Program-made: the position numbers and the translations under genes
The notes under the pieces: model-generated
Database searches by the model: none
What the model saw: the letters and a program-made list of their open reading frames with translations, nothing else
What the model was told of the DNA's origin: nothing
Source: a bacterium
GTDB lineage: Bacteria; Krumholzibacteriota; Krumholzibacteriia; LZORAL124-64-63
Assembly (NCBI GenBank): GCA_024223715.1
Contig: JAAEOA010000202.1
Coordinates: 6,779-70,778, forward strand
Direction: 5' to 3'
Length of the DNA stretch: 64,000 bases
Shown here: positions 9,189 through 20,802 of the stretch, piece after piece
Layout: every line of letters begins with the position of its first letter
Numbering within the stretch: the stretch's first letter is position 1

Positions 9189-10104
9189 TTTCCATGTCTG
9201 CCAGGTAACCGGCTTCTTTTTCCTCTTTGTGTTTCAGGCTTGAACCAGGCTGGGCTGCGTTATTCAAACCCTTTCCTGTTGAGGCCGATTCACTCGTGTA
9301 ACAGTGTTCAGGGCCAGGAAAAACACCTTCGCGTACGTCCTGGGTATATTGAGCAATTGCCTCGCGGGCCTGCTCGCCAAGGTTGGCGTAACGCTTGACA
9401 AATTTTGGACTCAGACCATCGAACAGGCCCAGCATGTCATGAAAAACCAGAACCTGTCCATCGCAATCGGGACCGGCACCAATGCCAATGGTGGGTATGT
9501 TTACCGCTTCGGAAATTCTTTGTGCCAAATCCGAAGGAATGCATTCCAGGATCAGGGAAAAACAACCGGCATCGGCCAGAAGTCGAGCTTCGTCAACCAT
9601 ACGGGCAGCAGCTTTTGAGCCGCGACCTTGCACCCGATAACCCCCGAGACGGTTGACCGATTGCGGAGTGAGCCCTAAATGGCCCATAACAGGAATTTCA
9701 GCAGCCAGCAGCGCCTCAATGGTTTGCAGACGCTGGCGTCCGCCTTCAACTTTTACAGCAGAAGCGCCACCCTCTTTAACCAAGCGCAAAGCATTGCGAA
9801 CTGTTTCTTCACTGGAGATGTGGAAACTGCCGTAAGGCATATCAGCAATAACTGGAATTTGGGGTCTGGCTCGGGTAACAGCTTTGCAGTGATGCAAAAC
9901 GTCATCAAGAGTTACCGGAAGGGTGTTCTCGTGACCGAGAACAACCATTCCAAGAGAGTCGCCGACCAAAATAGCATCAGCCCCGCCAGCGGAAACAATC
10001 AGAGCACTGGTCAAATCGTAAGCGGTGACCACAGAGAGTTTTTTACCCTGTTTCTTATTGCGACCAAAAACCCTCAAGGTCTGGGGTTTATCCTGCCTAT
10101 TCAT
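9175..10104 (-). CDS. panB: 3-methyl-2-oxobutanoate hydroxymethyltransferase, with a ~45-aa C-terminal extension
   Basis: VTAYD...LVGDSLGMVVLGHENTLPVTLDD...GHLGLTPQS...GGYRVQGR matches PanB throughout. 14-nt overlap with panC. Confidence 0.9.
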   Translation of the reverse strand: MNRQDKPQTLRVFGRNKKQGKKLSVVTAYDLTSALIVSAGGADAILVGDSLGMVVLGHENTLPVTLDDVLHHCKAVTRARPQIPVIADMPYGSFHISSEETVRNALRLVKEGGASAVKVEGGRQRLQTIEALLAAEIPVMGHLGLTPQSVNRLGGYRVQGRGSKAAARMVDEARLLADAGCFSLILECIPSDLAQRISEAVNIPTIGIGAGPDCDGQVLVFHDMLGLFDGLSPKFVKRYANLGEQAREAIAQYTQDVREGVFPGPEHCYTSESASTGKGLNNAAQPGSSLKHKEEKEAGYLADMENGKG

Positions 10105-10118
10105 TTGGAGAACATCCC

Positions 10119-10766
10119 TTACATTCCATTGCTCGTATCCGGAGCAAAATATCGGGTCCCGGTAAAACTTTCCTGAATTTGCTCAAAAAGCAAATCGAAG
10201 TCACCGGGCACGTTGACAAAATCAAGATTGTCGGTGTTGACCACCAACAGGGGTGCGTCTTTGTAATGATGGAAAAAATAACTGTAAGCGCCGTTGAGCG
10301 CATCCAGATAACCGGCATCCATGTCCTGTTCGAAGCTGCGACCTCGCCAGTTAATGCGCTGTAAAAGAACTTCGGTGCGAGCCTGCAGGTAAATAACCAA
10401 CCCAGGTTTGCGGACCCTTTGTTCCAGAATGGTGGCCAGTTGATTGTACAACGTCAGCTCATCGTCACCCAAATTCAGATTGGCAAAAATTCGGTCTTTG
10501 GCAAAAAGATAATCTGAAATGAGAGTGCTATTGAACAAATCATCCTGGAAAAGGTCCTGCTGCTGGCGGAAACGGCTCAGTAGAAAGAAAATCTGAGTTT
10601 GGAAAGCAAAAGCAGATCGGTCGAGATAGAAGCTGGAAAGGAAAGGATTCTCCTCCACGACTTCAAGATTCAGTCGGCCGTCGGTTTTGGTCGAGAGCAA
10701 CTTGCTGAGGCTGGTTTTACCCACCCCAATAACACCTTCAACCACAATGTAATCCCAGGGGAGCAA
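10119..10766 (-). CDS. Deoxynucleoside kinase family protein
   Basis: P-loop EGVIGVGKTSL and the DR-type motif FAKDRIFA. The TTG at 10766 follows GGAGGA and lies 1 nt after the folK stop. The ORF-track start at 10793 is also TTG. Confidence 0.7.
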   Translation of the reverse strand: MLPWDYIVVEGVIGVGKTSLSKLLSTKTDGRLNLEVVEENPFLSSFYLDRSAFAFQTQIFFLLSRFRQQQDLFQDDLFNSTLISDYLFAKDRIFANLNLGDDELTLYNQLATILEQRVRKPGLVIYLQARTEVLLQRINWRGRSFEQDMDAGYLDALNGAYSYFFHHYKDAPLLVVNTDNLDFVNVPGDFDLLFEQIQESFTGTRYFAPDTSNGM

Positions 10767-10767
10767 T

Positions 10768-11313
10768 TCATTCCTCCGTGATACGGCCGGCAATTTCCGA
10801 CTCCTGTTTCATTCCGAGTTTCATTCCGAGACACAACCTAACCGACTCTGCCTCTTTACGCTTTATTTTCGCACACAATTTCGCCACTGTCTCCCCTAAA
10901 TTGGGGATATTTTTTTCAGGTGCAATTTCTTTCAATGGCAAAAGCACAAAAAGTCGCTGGTGCAGGCGCGGATGCGGCACTTCAAGATCACCCTGAAAAA
11001 AAACTTCATCATCGGCCAGCAAAATATCCACATCCAAGGGACGTGGCTTCATATGTCCATCAGGTCGACGCCCGGCAGCCCTTTCCTGATCCTGAAATTC
11101 AGCCATTAAACGCAGCAAAGGCACTTCGCTGCGAAGACAGAGGCAAGCATTGAGGTAATCGTCCTGCTCACCTGGCCCCACATATTCAGTCTCGTATACA
11201 GAGCTGGTTTTTAACAATTGCAGCAGTGGGTTTTCCTGCACCCAGGACACAAATTTCTGCAGATGGGCTAACCTGTCGCCCTGATTACTGCCAATTCCCA
11301 AATAAAGGTCCAT
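10768..11313 (-). CDS. folK: 2-amino-4-hydroxy-6-hydroxymethyldihydropteridine diphosphokinase (HPPK)
   Basis: LGIGSNQGDR, SSVYETEYVGP, RPLDVDILL, PHPRLHQRLFVLLPL. Confidence 0.85.
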   Translation of the reverse strand: MDLYLGIGSNQGDRLAHLQKFVSWVQENPLLQLLKTSSVYETEYVGPGEQDDYLNACLCLRSEVPLLRLMAEFQDQERAAGRRPDGHMKPRPLDVDILLADDEVFFQGDLEVPHPRLHQRLFVLLPLKEIAPEKNIPNLGETVAKLCAKIKRKEAESVRLCLGMKLGMKQESEIAGRITEE

Positions 11314-11314
11314 A

Positions 11315-11707
11315 TCAGCCCTGGTCCAAAGATAGAAACCATTGACGATTGCGTATTAGAGTTACCGCAGCCTGCCCCTTAAAACCTGGAATGGGTGGAT
11401 GAATTTTCTCCACCATTACTTCCACAGATTCAGCAGTTGTTTCCCTCAACAGAACTTCACAAAGAGTGCCTGCCATTTTTTCTATGAGATTAAATTTTTC
11501 ATTTTTTAGAGAATCGCAAACCAGTTGGTGAACCTCTGCATAATTGATGGCTTCTTCCAGGTTGTCGCCCATCGCTGCTGAAGAAAAATCGCCGAGCAAA
11601 TGGACAGTCACGTTAAAGTTCTGCCCCAGCTCTTTTTCTGCGGCCAAAACTCCATGGTAACCAAAAACCTGGATTCCTTTCAGGGAAATGCGATCCATTA
11701 TTTCCAT
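11315..11707 (-). CDS. folB: Dihydroneopterin aldolase
   Basis: ISLKGIQVFGYHGVLAAEKELGQNFNVTV. Adjacent to folK. Confidence 0.8.
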   Translation of the reverse strand: MEIMDRISLKGIQVFGYHGVLAAEKELGQNFNVTVHLLGDFSSAAMGDNLEEAINYAEVHQLVCDSLKNEKFNLIEKMAGTLCEVLLRETTAESVEVMVEKIHPPIPGFKGQAAVTLIRNRQWFLSLDQG

Positions 11708-12861
11708 TCTCCCAAACGACGGGCCCCTTCGGCAATGGCTTCATCGCTGGCAGTAAGACTGATTCGGAACCAACCTTCCCCCCCGCTTCCAAAACCAAGA
11801 CCAGGAGTAATAACGGTGCCAATTTCCTTGAGAGCACGACCACAAAAATCTATGGAAGATTCATTTCCAGGAACTCTGGCCCAGACATAAAATGTGCTTG
11901 GTGAAGGGAAAACTTCCACACCCATTTTTTCCAAAGCCTGGTTGATGATGCGGCGGCGCTCAGGATAAACGGCCATAACTTCCTGAAGCAAATCTTCGAA
12001 TGCGTCGCCAAGGGCAAAAGCTGCAGTTTCCTGTACTGCAGAAAAAACACCACTGTCCATACTTTCTTTGACACGACCCAAATCGCCCACCAGTTCAGGA
12101 TGCCCAGCTGCAAAAGCAATACGCCAGCCGGTCATGTTGAACATCTTGCTTAAGCTGTGCAACTCAATGACTCGATCCTGTGAAGGATTGGCTACGTTCA
12201 GCAAACTGAGGGCGGCTTTGCCTCCGGGAATCACTTCCAAATAAGCAGCATCATTGACCAAACGAATGTTTCGCTCAGAACAGAAAGCAATCATTTCCTG
12301 CCAGAATTTTCGGTCTGCTGTTGCACCCGTGGGATTGTTGGGATAGTTAAGGAAAATCATTTTGGTGCGTTCATCGGCCAGTTGTTTCAGTTCGCTGAAA
12401 TCGGGCAGGAATCCATTCTCCGCTTTAAGCCTGAAAGTGCGAGGATCGCCGCCAGCCAGCAAAGTGGACTGCCCGTATACCGGATAGCCCAAATCAGGGA
12501 TCAGAGTATTGTCGCCCTCCTCAACACAAGTGGTTGGCAAGTGCCCCAGACCTTCTTTGCTGCCAATAAGAATCAGAGTCTGGGTATCCGGGTCAATGTC
12601 GACCCCATGACGTGCTCCTAACCAGGCAGCAATAGCCTGCCGCAAACGAGGCATTCCCCGCTGAGCAGGGTATCGGTGGAAAGCCGGATCAGCAACTGCG
12701 GCAGCCATGACCTCGACAAGAGCCTGAGGCGTAGGCCGGTCAGGATCACCAATGCCAAGGTCAACCACATCAACGCCTGCGGCTAAAGCTGCGGCTTTGG
12801 CCTTATCAATGGCGGAAAACAAATAGGGGGGCAATTTATCCAGACGTCCCAAGGAGGGCAC
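11698..12861 (-). CDS. dapL: Class I/II aminotransferase, LL-diaminopimelate aminotransferase (DapL) type
   Basis: N-terminal LPPYLFSAIDKAK...VVDLGIGDPDRPTP and the PLP-lysine motif SLSKMFNMTGWRIAF. Confidence 0.65.
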   Translation of the reverse strand: MPSLGRLDKLPPYLFSAIDKAKAAALAAGVDVVDLGIGDPDRPTPQALVEVMAAAVADPAFHRYPAQRGMPRLRQAIAAWLGARHGVDIDPDTQTLILIGSKEGLGHLPTTCVEEGDNTLIPDLGYPVYGQSTLLAGGDPRTFRLKAENGFLPDFSELKQLADERTKMIFLNYPNNPTGATADRKFWQEMIAFCSERNIRLVNDAAYLEVIPGGKAALSLLNVANPSQDRVIELHSLSKMFNMTGWRIAFAAGHPELVGDLGRVKESMDSGVFSAVQETAAFALGDAFEDLLQEVMAVYPERRRIINQALEKMGVEVFPSPSTFYVWARVPGNESSIDFCGRALKEIGTVITPGLGFGSGGEGWFRISLTASDEAIAEGARRLGEWK

Positions 12862-12913
12862 CTTTCGTCAGATGAGTGACCTATTAAGCCAAATTCATCG
12901 TTATTTCTGCAAA

Positions 12914-12949
12914 TAAAAAAATCCGCGGATCCTTAAAAAGATCCGCGGA
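12914..12949 (-). terminator. Intrinsic terminator after the TPR gene
   Basis: Minus strand: perfect 10-bp stem tccgcggatc / gatccgcgga followed by ttttttt. Confidence 0.8.
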
Positions 12950-12989
12950 CAGAATATGGCACAATTGTGCTGATTCAGCTACCCATTGA

Positions 12990-14165
12990 TTACTTTTGGG
13001 CGGCTTTTTTACGCTGGGCGTCGGTCATTTTCAGGAAATCTTCCATGCGCCCAACCTGAGTGCGGGCCGGACCGGCATATGTCCGGCTGCCACTGCTGGC
13101 AGCAACCTGGAATTTCGACTTGGCCCCAGCAAAATCTTCCTGACACTCCAGGGCCAGACCCCATGAGTAGTACAGGCTGGCCAACTTCTCTTTACTCTGA
13201 CCAGCCATGCGCTTACTTCCGGAAGCGGCTTTTTGAGCTGCGGCGGAACATTGACCGGCTTCAACCATAACCTGAATCATGGTGCCATAATTTTTTGCAT
13301 CGCTTGGTTTTAATTCGAAGTATTTGTTGTATGCCTTGATGCTGCCAGCTTTGTCACCGGCGCCATCGCTGGCCCGGGCCAAGGTCAACCACGCGTTAGG
13401 TTGTTTGGGATCTTTGGCCAACATTCTTTTCAGGAGTACTGAAGCTTCCTGATATTGCTTGGCCGCCATCTTCTTTTTGACCAGATCATAAGTAGTTGAA
13501 CCACCAGCGGCGCCACTGTATTCGTTCATCAGATTTTTGTAATAGTTGGCTTTATCGACATTACCATTTATTTGCTGCTGCTTGGCCGCTGCATCGGCAG
13601 ATTTGGCCAACTGCTTCAAAATTGGATCTTTGTATTGGGGACACACACCAAGAGCACGTTGCAAAGTCTCCACAGAATCAGTGTGGTACTTGGTTGCATA
13701 GTGCATAACACCAAGATTAAACAAGACACCACAATCGTCCGGTTCCAGTTTTTCTGCTTTCATGTATTCAGCACGGGCTTGTTTGTATTGCTTCAATTTT
13801 GCGTAGGCTTTGGCCAGATTGGCAAAATCTCCAGCCTGTACATCTTTTCCCCGCAGTTGAACGACTTTGGAGAACCATTTGGCAGCAATATCAAAATTGC
13901 CTTTACCCATAAAAGCAGTGCCCAGTCCACGGCTGGCTTCAACATGCTCAGGGCATACTTCAACAATGGAATTCATGCGGGCAATAGCCTGATCCCATTG
14001 TTTGCCATTAATAAATTGTTCAGCTGATTTATATGCCAAATTTGCTTCATGCATTTGACCCGGCTGGCAGGCTGCCTGGACCGAACCATGAAAAGATGCA
14101 GAAGCAAGAGTGCCCAGAAGTAAAACCAGGGCGAAAAGAACAGGGGTCATCTTGAGTCGGGACAC
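12990..14165 (-). CDS. Secreted tetratricopeptide (TPR) repeat protein
   Basis: Repeated A/Y/L-rich 34-aa helical units (e.g. AKAYAKLKQYKQARAEYMKAEKLEPDD). The GTG at 14165 lies 8 nt after GGAGG and gives the signal peptide MSRLKMTPVLFALVLLLGTLASA. The ORF-track start at 14273 runs through a terminator. Confidence 0.7.
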   Translation of the reverse strand: MSRLKMTPVLFALVLLLGTLASASFHGSVQAACQPGQMHEANLAYKSAEQFINGKQWDQAIARMNSIVEVCPEHVEASRGLGTAFMGKGNFDIAAKWFSKVVQLRGKDVQAGDFANLAKAYAKLKQYKQARAEYMKAEKLEPDDCGVLFNLGVMHYATKYHTDSVETLQRALGVCPQYKDPILKQLAKSADAAAKQQQINGNVDKANYYKNLMNEYSGAAGGSTTYDLVKKKMAAKQYQEASVLLKRMLAKDPKQPNAWLTLARASDGAGDKAGSIKAYNKYFELKPSDAKNYGTMIQVMVEAGQCSAAAQKAASGSKRMAGQSKEKLASLYYSWGLALECQEDFAGAKSKFQVAASSGSRTYAGPARTQVGRMEDFLKMTDAQRKKAAQK

Positions 14166-14249
14166 GGAACGAACCTCCAAATGGGGTAAAATCGGGCTGT
14201 TTAAGTGGGTTGCGATGCCCATACCAGGGAAATTCCCCGTTAAACGCAT

Positions 14250-14271
14250 AAAAAAAGTCCCGAGCTGGGAC
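14250..14271 (-). terminator. Intrinsic terminator after yqeB
   Basis: Minus strand: gtccc-agctc-gggac followed by ttttttt. Confidence 0.6.
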
Positions 14272-14346
14272 AATCCCAGTGAGGTGGGACGCCTGACTAG
14301 AGTAAGGCTTTTCCCACCGGTTTGTCAATAAGTGCCGAAACCGAAA

Positions 14347-15144
14347 TCAGCTATCTGGCAAAATTCCAGCGCCCAGCAAAGCCTCCAAAACTCCTCCGCC
14401 TATGGCCAGGGCCTTGTCTGTTGCCAGGGCGGGATTCACTTCAGATCCACGAGGATCAACATCTGCAACCTTTTCTCCGGCAGAAAGTTCCGCTTTCGGA
14501 TGAACCAACCCGCGCAGACAACCGGTCAACCGGCTAAAAACTTCTTCACCTGCGACATGACCAAGGCATTGTCCTTCTATAACCTGATCGCCAATTTTGA
14601 CAATGGAAATCATTTTCCCCTTACAAGGAGAATAAATCACTCTGCGGGAAGCCTGTCCGCCAACCACGCCGGGAGTGCCAGTATTAGGGAAGGCCTGCCC
14701 TGCACTGATGACCTCACCCAGACGCGCACCTCTATGAGTTTCGATAATTCTATCGGCATTAACTCCGCATTGAAAACCAGGCCCCAGGCCCACAATAAAA
14801 GGAAGAACTTTTGCTAATGGCTGGGGTGCTTTTTTGGTCATCCTGGCATCGATTAGAGCCGCAGGGCTGACATCGACAATCATTTCACCCATTGGGTCAA
14901 CAACAACCTGGATAACACCTTTCAAGTTGTTTTCAATTTTTTGACAAAGCCGGCCTTGAACACCCTCAACTTCGGTATTGCCATCAAAAACGGCTTCGCT
15001 GAAACAAACCTGCCGACGCACAGCAAGAGGGTTTGAAATCTCGGCCATTATCACTCGGTAATTGGAACGAATGAGGCGCAAAGCCACACCAGAGGCCAGT
15101 TCCCCGGCTCCCTGAATCCAGATAAGGCTACCTTGGTTACTCAT
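14347..15144 (-). CDS. yqeB: YqeB-family accessory protein of selenium-dependent molybdenum hydroxylase systems
   Basis: IWIQGAGELASGVALRLIRSNYRVIMAEISNPLAVRRQVCFSEAVFDG matches my recollection of the YqeB/EF2563 family. The ATG at 15144 overlaps the xdhC stop by 8 nt. Confidence 0.65.
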   Translation of the reverse strand: MSNQGSLIWIQGAGELASGVALRLIRSNYRVIMAEISNPLAVRRQVCFSEAVFDGNTEVEGVQGRLCQKIENNLKGVIQVVVDPMGEMIVDVSPAALIDARMTKKAPQPLAKVLPFIVGLGPGFQCGVNADRIIETHRGARLGEVISAGQAFPNTGTPGVVGGQASRRVIYSPCKGKMISIVKIGDQVIEGQCLGHVAGEEVFSRLTGCLRGLVHPKAELSAGEKVADVDPRGSEVNPALATDKALAIGGGVLEALLGAGILPDS

Positions 15145-16030
15145 TGGGTTTACTGTTGGTCTTGGGTTTGCGAGCACAGTGCAAGGGCAAACCAATTTTT
15201 TCATTGTTTTCGTTTGTTATATACTCAACCCCACGCAGAATGGACTGGGCTTCAGCAAAAATACTGAGAGCAATTTCCACTGGGGTTTCCGCTGCCATAT
15301 CCAAACCCGCCGGAGTGCTGACCATGGCCATACGGCGGGAATAATCCTGATCCAGATCGGCAACCATTTTGCGCAATTTTAAAGCTTTTGATCGGCTGCC
15401 AAGAAGTCCCAAATACTTAAATTCAACCCCAGAATTAAGCTCCATTTCAAGAATGGCCTGCAAATAGGCGGCGTCCAATTCATGATTCCTGCTGGCCAGC
15501 AATAAAGCCGATCCGGGCTGGATTGACAGATTTTCAATTATTTCCGCTGGTTCGCTGAGTATCGTTTTTACACCTGGGTTGTTATTCCAGGTGTTCAAAA
15601 ACTCTGGGCGGTCATCAATTAAAGTAAAATGGAAAGGCAGAACCGAACCGACCTGCACCATGGCCGAGCCTACATGCCCAGCACCAATAACCACAAAAGA
15701 TGCTGACTCAAGGACAGGCTCAAGGAAAACTTCCATACTGCCACCGCAAACGCCCAGGCCTTTGGCCAGGTTCAGTTGTAACCTGCGGCATTGCCGATCC
15801 TGAAAAACCAACTGAGCTTCTTCAAGAACCCTCTTTTCACTATTTCCACCCCCGATACTGCCGGTCACTGTGCCATCGGCATGAATAACCATCTTGCTGC
15901 CCTCGTGGCGGGGTGTCGAAAGATGAGTTTGCACCACGGTGACCAAAACACCATCCTGGTTAAGCTGAGTCATTTGAGCCAAGGTTTCATAAACACCAAG
16001 GGTTGAGATGGGTGGTTTTGAATTAGTCAT
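15137..16030 (-). CDS. XdhC/CoxI-family molybdenum-cofactor insertion chaperone
   Basis: N-domain VLVTVVQTHLSTPRHEGSKMVIHADGTVTGSIGGG and Rossmann-like VVIGAGHVGSAMV. The ATG at 16030 overlaps the upstream stop by 8 nt. Confidence 0.75.
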   Translation of the reverse strand: MTNSKPPISTLGVYETLAQMTQLNQDGVLVTVVQTHLSTPRHEGSKMVIHADGTVTGSIGGGNSEKRVLEEAQLVFQDRQCRRLQLNLAKGLGVCGGSMEVFLEPVLESASFVVIGAGHVGSAMVQVGSVLPFHFTLIDDRPEFLNTWNNNPGVKTILSEPAEIIENLSIQPGSALLLASRNHELDAAYLQAILEMELNSGVEFKYLGLLGSRSKALKLRKMVADLDQDYSRRMAMVSTPAGLDMAAETPVEIALSIFAEAQSILRGVEYITNENNEKIGLPLHCARKPKTNSKPNE

Positions 16031-16670
16031 TACTGGGGTCTTTCGGTTTCTGATGACAGCATAAATCAGAAGGAGCATCAAAATCAGCACATACGCCAGG
16101 ATCATTCACAGGCAAAACGTCCATGGGCAATACAGTACTACAAGCTTCTGCTTTTTGCCAAGCATGAGACATGGAGCTGGTTGAATTTTTGCCGGCCAGG
16201 ACGGACTTCAACACTGAGACAGAAAAAATTACAGGGTGCCCGGGTTGATTGTTAAACGTCGGCCTGAGTGCCGCTAAAGATTTACCGTGAAAATGATTCA
16301 ACAGCCGGGTAATCGTATCAGTTTTTACCAAAGGCAAATCAACAGGATGGGCCAATATTGTTTTAATATTTGGCTGGTTATTTTCAATCCAATTCAAGGC
16401 CAATTGCAGGGTCAGGGCAGTATCTCCACCCTCGGATTCAGCCAGAAGATGCACTGCGGAATCTTGGACTTCATTCTGGTAGATAGATTTTTCTTTCGCT
16501 TGCACCACCAGCAGAATTTGCAGGCCTTTGTGATTATATATTTTTGTAATTTCACTAACAAAAGAAGAATCCTGGCCAGGTAGTCGGCACAAACCTTTGG
16601 GGCTTCCCATGCGCTGACTGTTGCCACGGGCCATGATCACCGCAAGCGTGGGTTGGGAGTTATTGGTCAT
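16023..16670 (-). CDS. MobA/MocA-like nucleotidyltransferase (molybdenum cofactor nucleotidylyltransferase family)
   Basis: LAVIMARGNSQRMGSPKGL N-terminal signature. ATGA overlap with the yqeC stop. Confidence 0.7.
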   Translation of the reverse strand: MTNNSQPTLAVIMARGNSQRMGSPKGLCRLPGQDSSFVSEITKIYNHKGLQILLVVQAKEKSIYQNEVQDSAVHLLAESEGGDTALTLQLALNWIENNQPNIKTILAHPVDLPLVKTDTITRLLNHFHGKSLAALRPTFNNQPGHPVIFSVSVLKSVLAGKNSTSSMSHAWQKAEACSTVLPMDVLPVNDPGVCADFDAPSDLCCHQKPKDPSND

Positions 16671-17458
16671 TTGCTGATCCCGTCTTCGGAACCCTCCTGG
16701 CGACAGGCCGTTCTGAAATACGGTTCATCGCCAGTGGTTTCACAAAATAAAACCAAAGGCAATCGATCTTCGAGCATGGCTCTACCCACAAAATCAAACA
16801 GACCAATGCTGTCGTCCTGTTCCCCCATTCCCGGTAAAGCGAGAACACAAGGCACTTCCTGGGGAATCTGGTCGAGATAGCCACCCTCAGCAGTAAGTAA
16901 AGTAAGGCTGTGGTCCCACAACCAGACATCGTCTGCTGAAAGATTTTTAAGGGGTTCGAATTTTTGTTTTCCAAAACGGTGAACCACTGCCCCTGCTTTT
17001 TCACCGACGGGTTTTTGGCTCATGGCCAAAACCGCCAATGATGTGCGAGCCGGCCAGACGGGTTCACCTGAACGGTAGAACTTAAGGGGCAACCCTGCCG
17101 ACCCGTCCACTTCGGCGACAATAACCCTGTCGTTAAAGCGCTCGCCCAAACGATCCACGTCGGTAGCTGCCAAACCCCGCCATTTCCCGTCACTGGTGGT
17201 TCCGTCCCGCAGATAGAAAATACCTGGCAGTTCACTTCCAGAATGTGTTTCAAGTTCAGACAGGTCGAATACCGGGAAGCCAGACACCGCTTCGCTGCGA
17301 GTGGTATTGGTCAGAATAGCCCGAATATTTTCTGATTTTAAAACTTCTCCCATAGCCTTCAAGATACTGGTCTTACCTCCAGAGCCACAAATGCCCACCA
17401 CATGACCACCGTCACGAGGAAGAAAAAGGTGCCAGGGATCGACAAATGAAAAATTCAC
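16667..17458 (-). CDS. yqeC: YqeC-family P-loop accessory protein of selenium-dependent molybdenum hydroxylase systems
   Basis: VVGICGSGGKTSILKAMGE P-loop. Size of 263 aa and the yqeB/xdhC context fit. GTG start forms a GTGA overlap with the GT4 stop. Confidence 0.6.
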   Translation of the reverse strand: MNFSFVDPWHLFLPRDGGHVVGICGSGGKTSILKAMGEVLKSENIRAILTNTTRSEAVSGFPVFDLSELETHSGSELPGIFYLRDGTTSDGKWRGLAATDVDRLGERFNDRVIVAEVDGSAGLPLKFYRSGEPVWPARTSLAVLAMSQKPVGEKAGAVVHRFGKQKFEPLKNLSADDVWLWDHSLTLLTAEGGYLDQIPQEVPCVLALPGMGEQDDSIGLFDFVGRAMLEDRLPLVLFCETTGDEPYFRTACRQEGSEDGISK

Positions 17459-18603
17459 GAAACACCTTCCTGATTCGGAAAATCAAGTAGCTCTTGGTAC
17501 CATTTCTTCACCCGATTACCCATGATTTCCCGGGTGTAATGTTGTTGAAATCGTTCACGGGCCTTTTGGCCCAGCCGGGCAGTAAGATCATCATCTTCTA
17601 TAAGCGTTGTTATAGCGGCAGCAAGGGATTTACTGTCGTTTGGGGGAACCAGCAGGCAGGTTTCACCATCAACTCCCACTTCGGCCACACCCGAATTGAG
17701 CCGAGTGGCAATAACGGCCAGTCCGGAGGCCATGGCCTCTAATTGTACTAGTCCAAAAGTTTCGCTTTCGTTAATGCTGGGCAAAATCAGGGCTCTGGCT
17801 TTGGACATAAGGTTAGCCAATTGGGCGGGTTCGCACGAACCGTGGAAAAACACACGGGACGACAACCCAAGTTGCTGAACCTGATTCTGCAATTCCAGCA
17901 GCAGGGGGCCCTCGCCCACTACATCCAGTTTGCATTCACCTGATAGCTGTAAGGCGGTGAGCAAAACACTCAGGCCTTTATAAGGAACCAATCGTCCAAT
18001 GAATAAGAAATTTCCTGATCTTTGAGGGGCAATTTCAAGCCAGGGGTGGCCCTCTATTCCAAAAGGAATAATTTCTGCCTGCTGGCCACTTACTTTTAAA
18101 AGACTCGATGACTGAGCCAGAGAAGCAGAAGAGACACAGATCCCCAGACTAGCCCCATAGCACTTACCGATCAGTGGACTGACCAGACGGGCGCCAAGTT
18201 TTTGACGGGTAATATCCGCATGATGCCAAACGACTAAGGGGGGCAGGTCTATTCTCCAAAAATTCTTCAGAAGGAACCAGACAAAAGCGGCCAGCGGATT
18301 GGGTTGGTGCAAATGAACCAGGTCGGGTCTAAACGATTCAATCTGTCGTCGCACAACATTGACCAGGCCCAGATTCATAGGTTGGGAATTGATGTGCCCC
18401 ACCCGGGCAGTGCGTATCAGCTTGCCGCTATTTTTCGTATTCAGCCCTTTTATGATTTGGGTTGAATCATGGGAATGTTCTGAAGATACGATGGCCTGAA
18501 CCTGCACACCGGCATCCAGAAGACCTGTCATCAGGTTTTCCAGTACGGTTTCCATTCCTCCCCTGTAAGGAGGATAGTATTTCCCTATGTGCAGAACTTT
18601 CAT
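17455..18603 (-). CDS. Glycosyltransferase family 4 (GT-B fold)
   Basis: MKVLHIGKYYPPYRGGME N-terminus and the C-terminal EtFGLVqLEAMASGlaViAT motif typical of GT4. Confidence 0.8.
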   Translation of the reverse strand: MKVLHIGKYYPPYRGGMETVLENLMTGLLDAGVQVQAIVSSEHSHDSTQIIKGLNTKNSGKLIRTARVGHINSQPMNLGLVNVVRRQIESFRPDLVHLHQPNPLAAFVWFLLKNFWRIDLPPLVVWHHADITRQKLGARLVSPLIGKCYGASLGICVSSASLAQSSSLLKVSGQQAEIIPFGIEGHPWLEIAPQRSGNFLFIGRLVPYKGLSVLLTALQLSGECKLDVVGEGPLLLELQNQVQQLGLSSRVFFHGSCEPAQLANLMSKARALILPSINESETFGLVQLEAMASGLAVIATRLNSGVAEVGVDGETCLLVPPNDSKSLAAAITTLIEDDDLTARLGQKARERFQQHYTREIMGNRVKKWYQELLDFPNQEGVS

Positions 18604-18635
18604 GGTCCAATGGTAACCTTTTTAGACTGTTTGCC

Positions 18636-18669
18636 CAATAGAAAACGGCCCCTCCGAAGAGAGGCCGTT
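18636..18669 (-). terminator. Intrinsic terminator after groEL
   Basis: Minus strand: aacggcctctc-ttcg-gaggggccgtt (one mismatch) followed by ttctatt. Confidence 0.65.
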
Positions 18670-18704
18670 ATTCTTGGCTTTCAGGCTGAGAAGCTGCTGG
18701 CTGA

Positions 18705-20393
<1,689 letters not shown>

Positions 20394-20438
20394 TTAAGTA
20401 GCTTGTTGTTCCCGAAATGACAGTCTTAGCCAAGGTTA

Positions 20439-20729
20439 TTAGCCAAGAATAGCCAGAACGTCACTTTCGCGCAGGATCAGGTAGTCTTCGCCTTCAACGC
20501 TGACTTCGGTGCCGGAGTATTTACCGTACATGACGGTGTCTCCAACGCTGACTTCCAGAGCAACCCGATCGCCATTTTCGCGAACGACGCCAGGACCGGC
20601 AGCTACGATTTTACCCTGTTGGGGTTTTTCTTTGGCGGTATCGGGAATGATGATTCCGCCTTTCATGGTTTCCTGCTCCATGGGAGCAACGATAACACGA
20701 TCAGCCAGGGGCTTGATGTTAAGAGCCAT
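20439..20729 (-). CDS. groS: Co-chaperonin GroES
   Basis: 96 aa. [10 protein letters not shown]...[24 protein letters not shown]. Confidence 0.97.
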   Translation of the reverse strand: MALNIKPLADRVIVAPMEQETMKGGIIIPDTAKEKPQQGKIVAAGPGVVRENGDRVALEVSVGDTVMYGKYSGTEVSVEGEDYLILRESDVLAILG

Positions 20730-20802
20730 TGTCTTCCTCCATCCGTGATATAAAGCTGGTTTGTCGGATTTGACGGGCCAGCCAAAACAATGCCGAGGTG
20801 CG

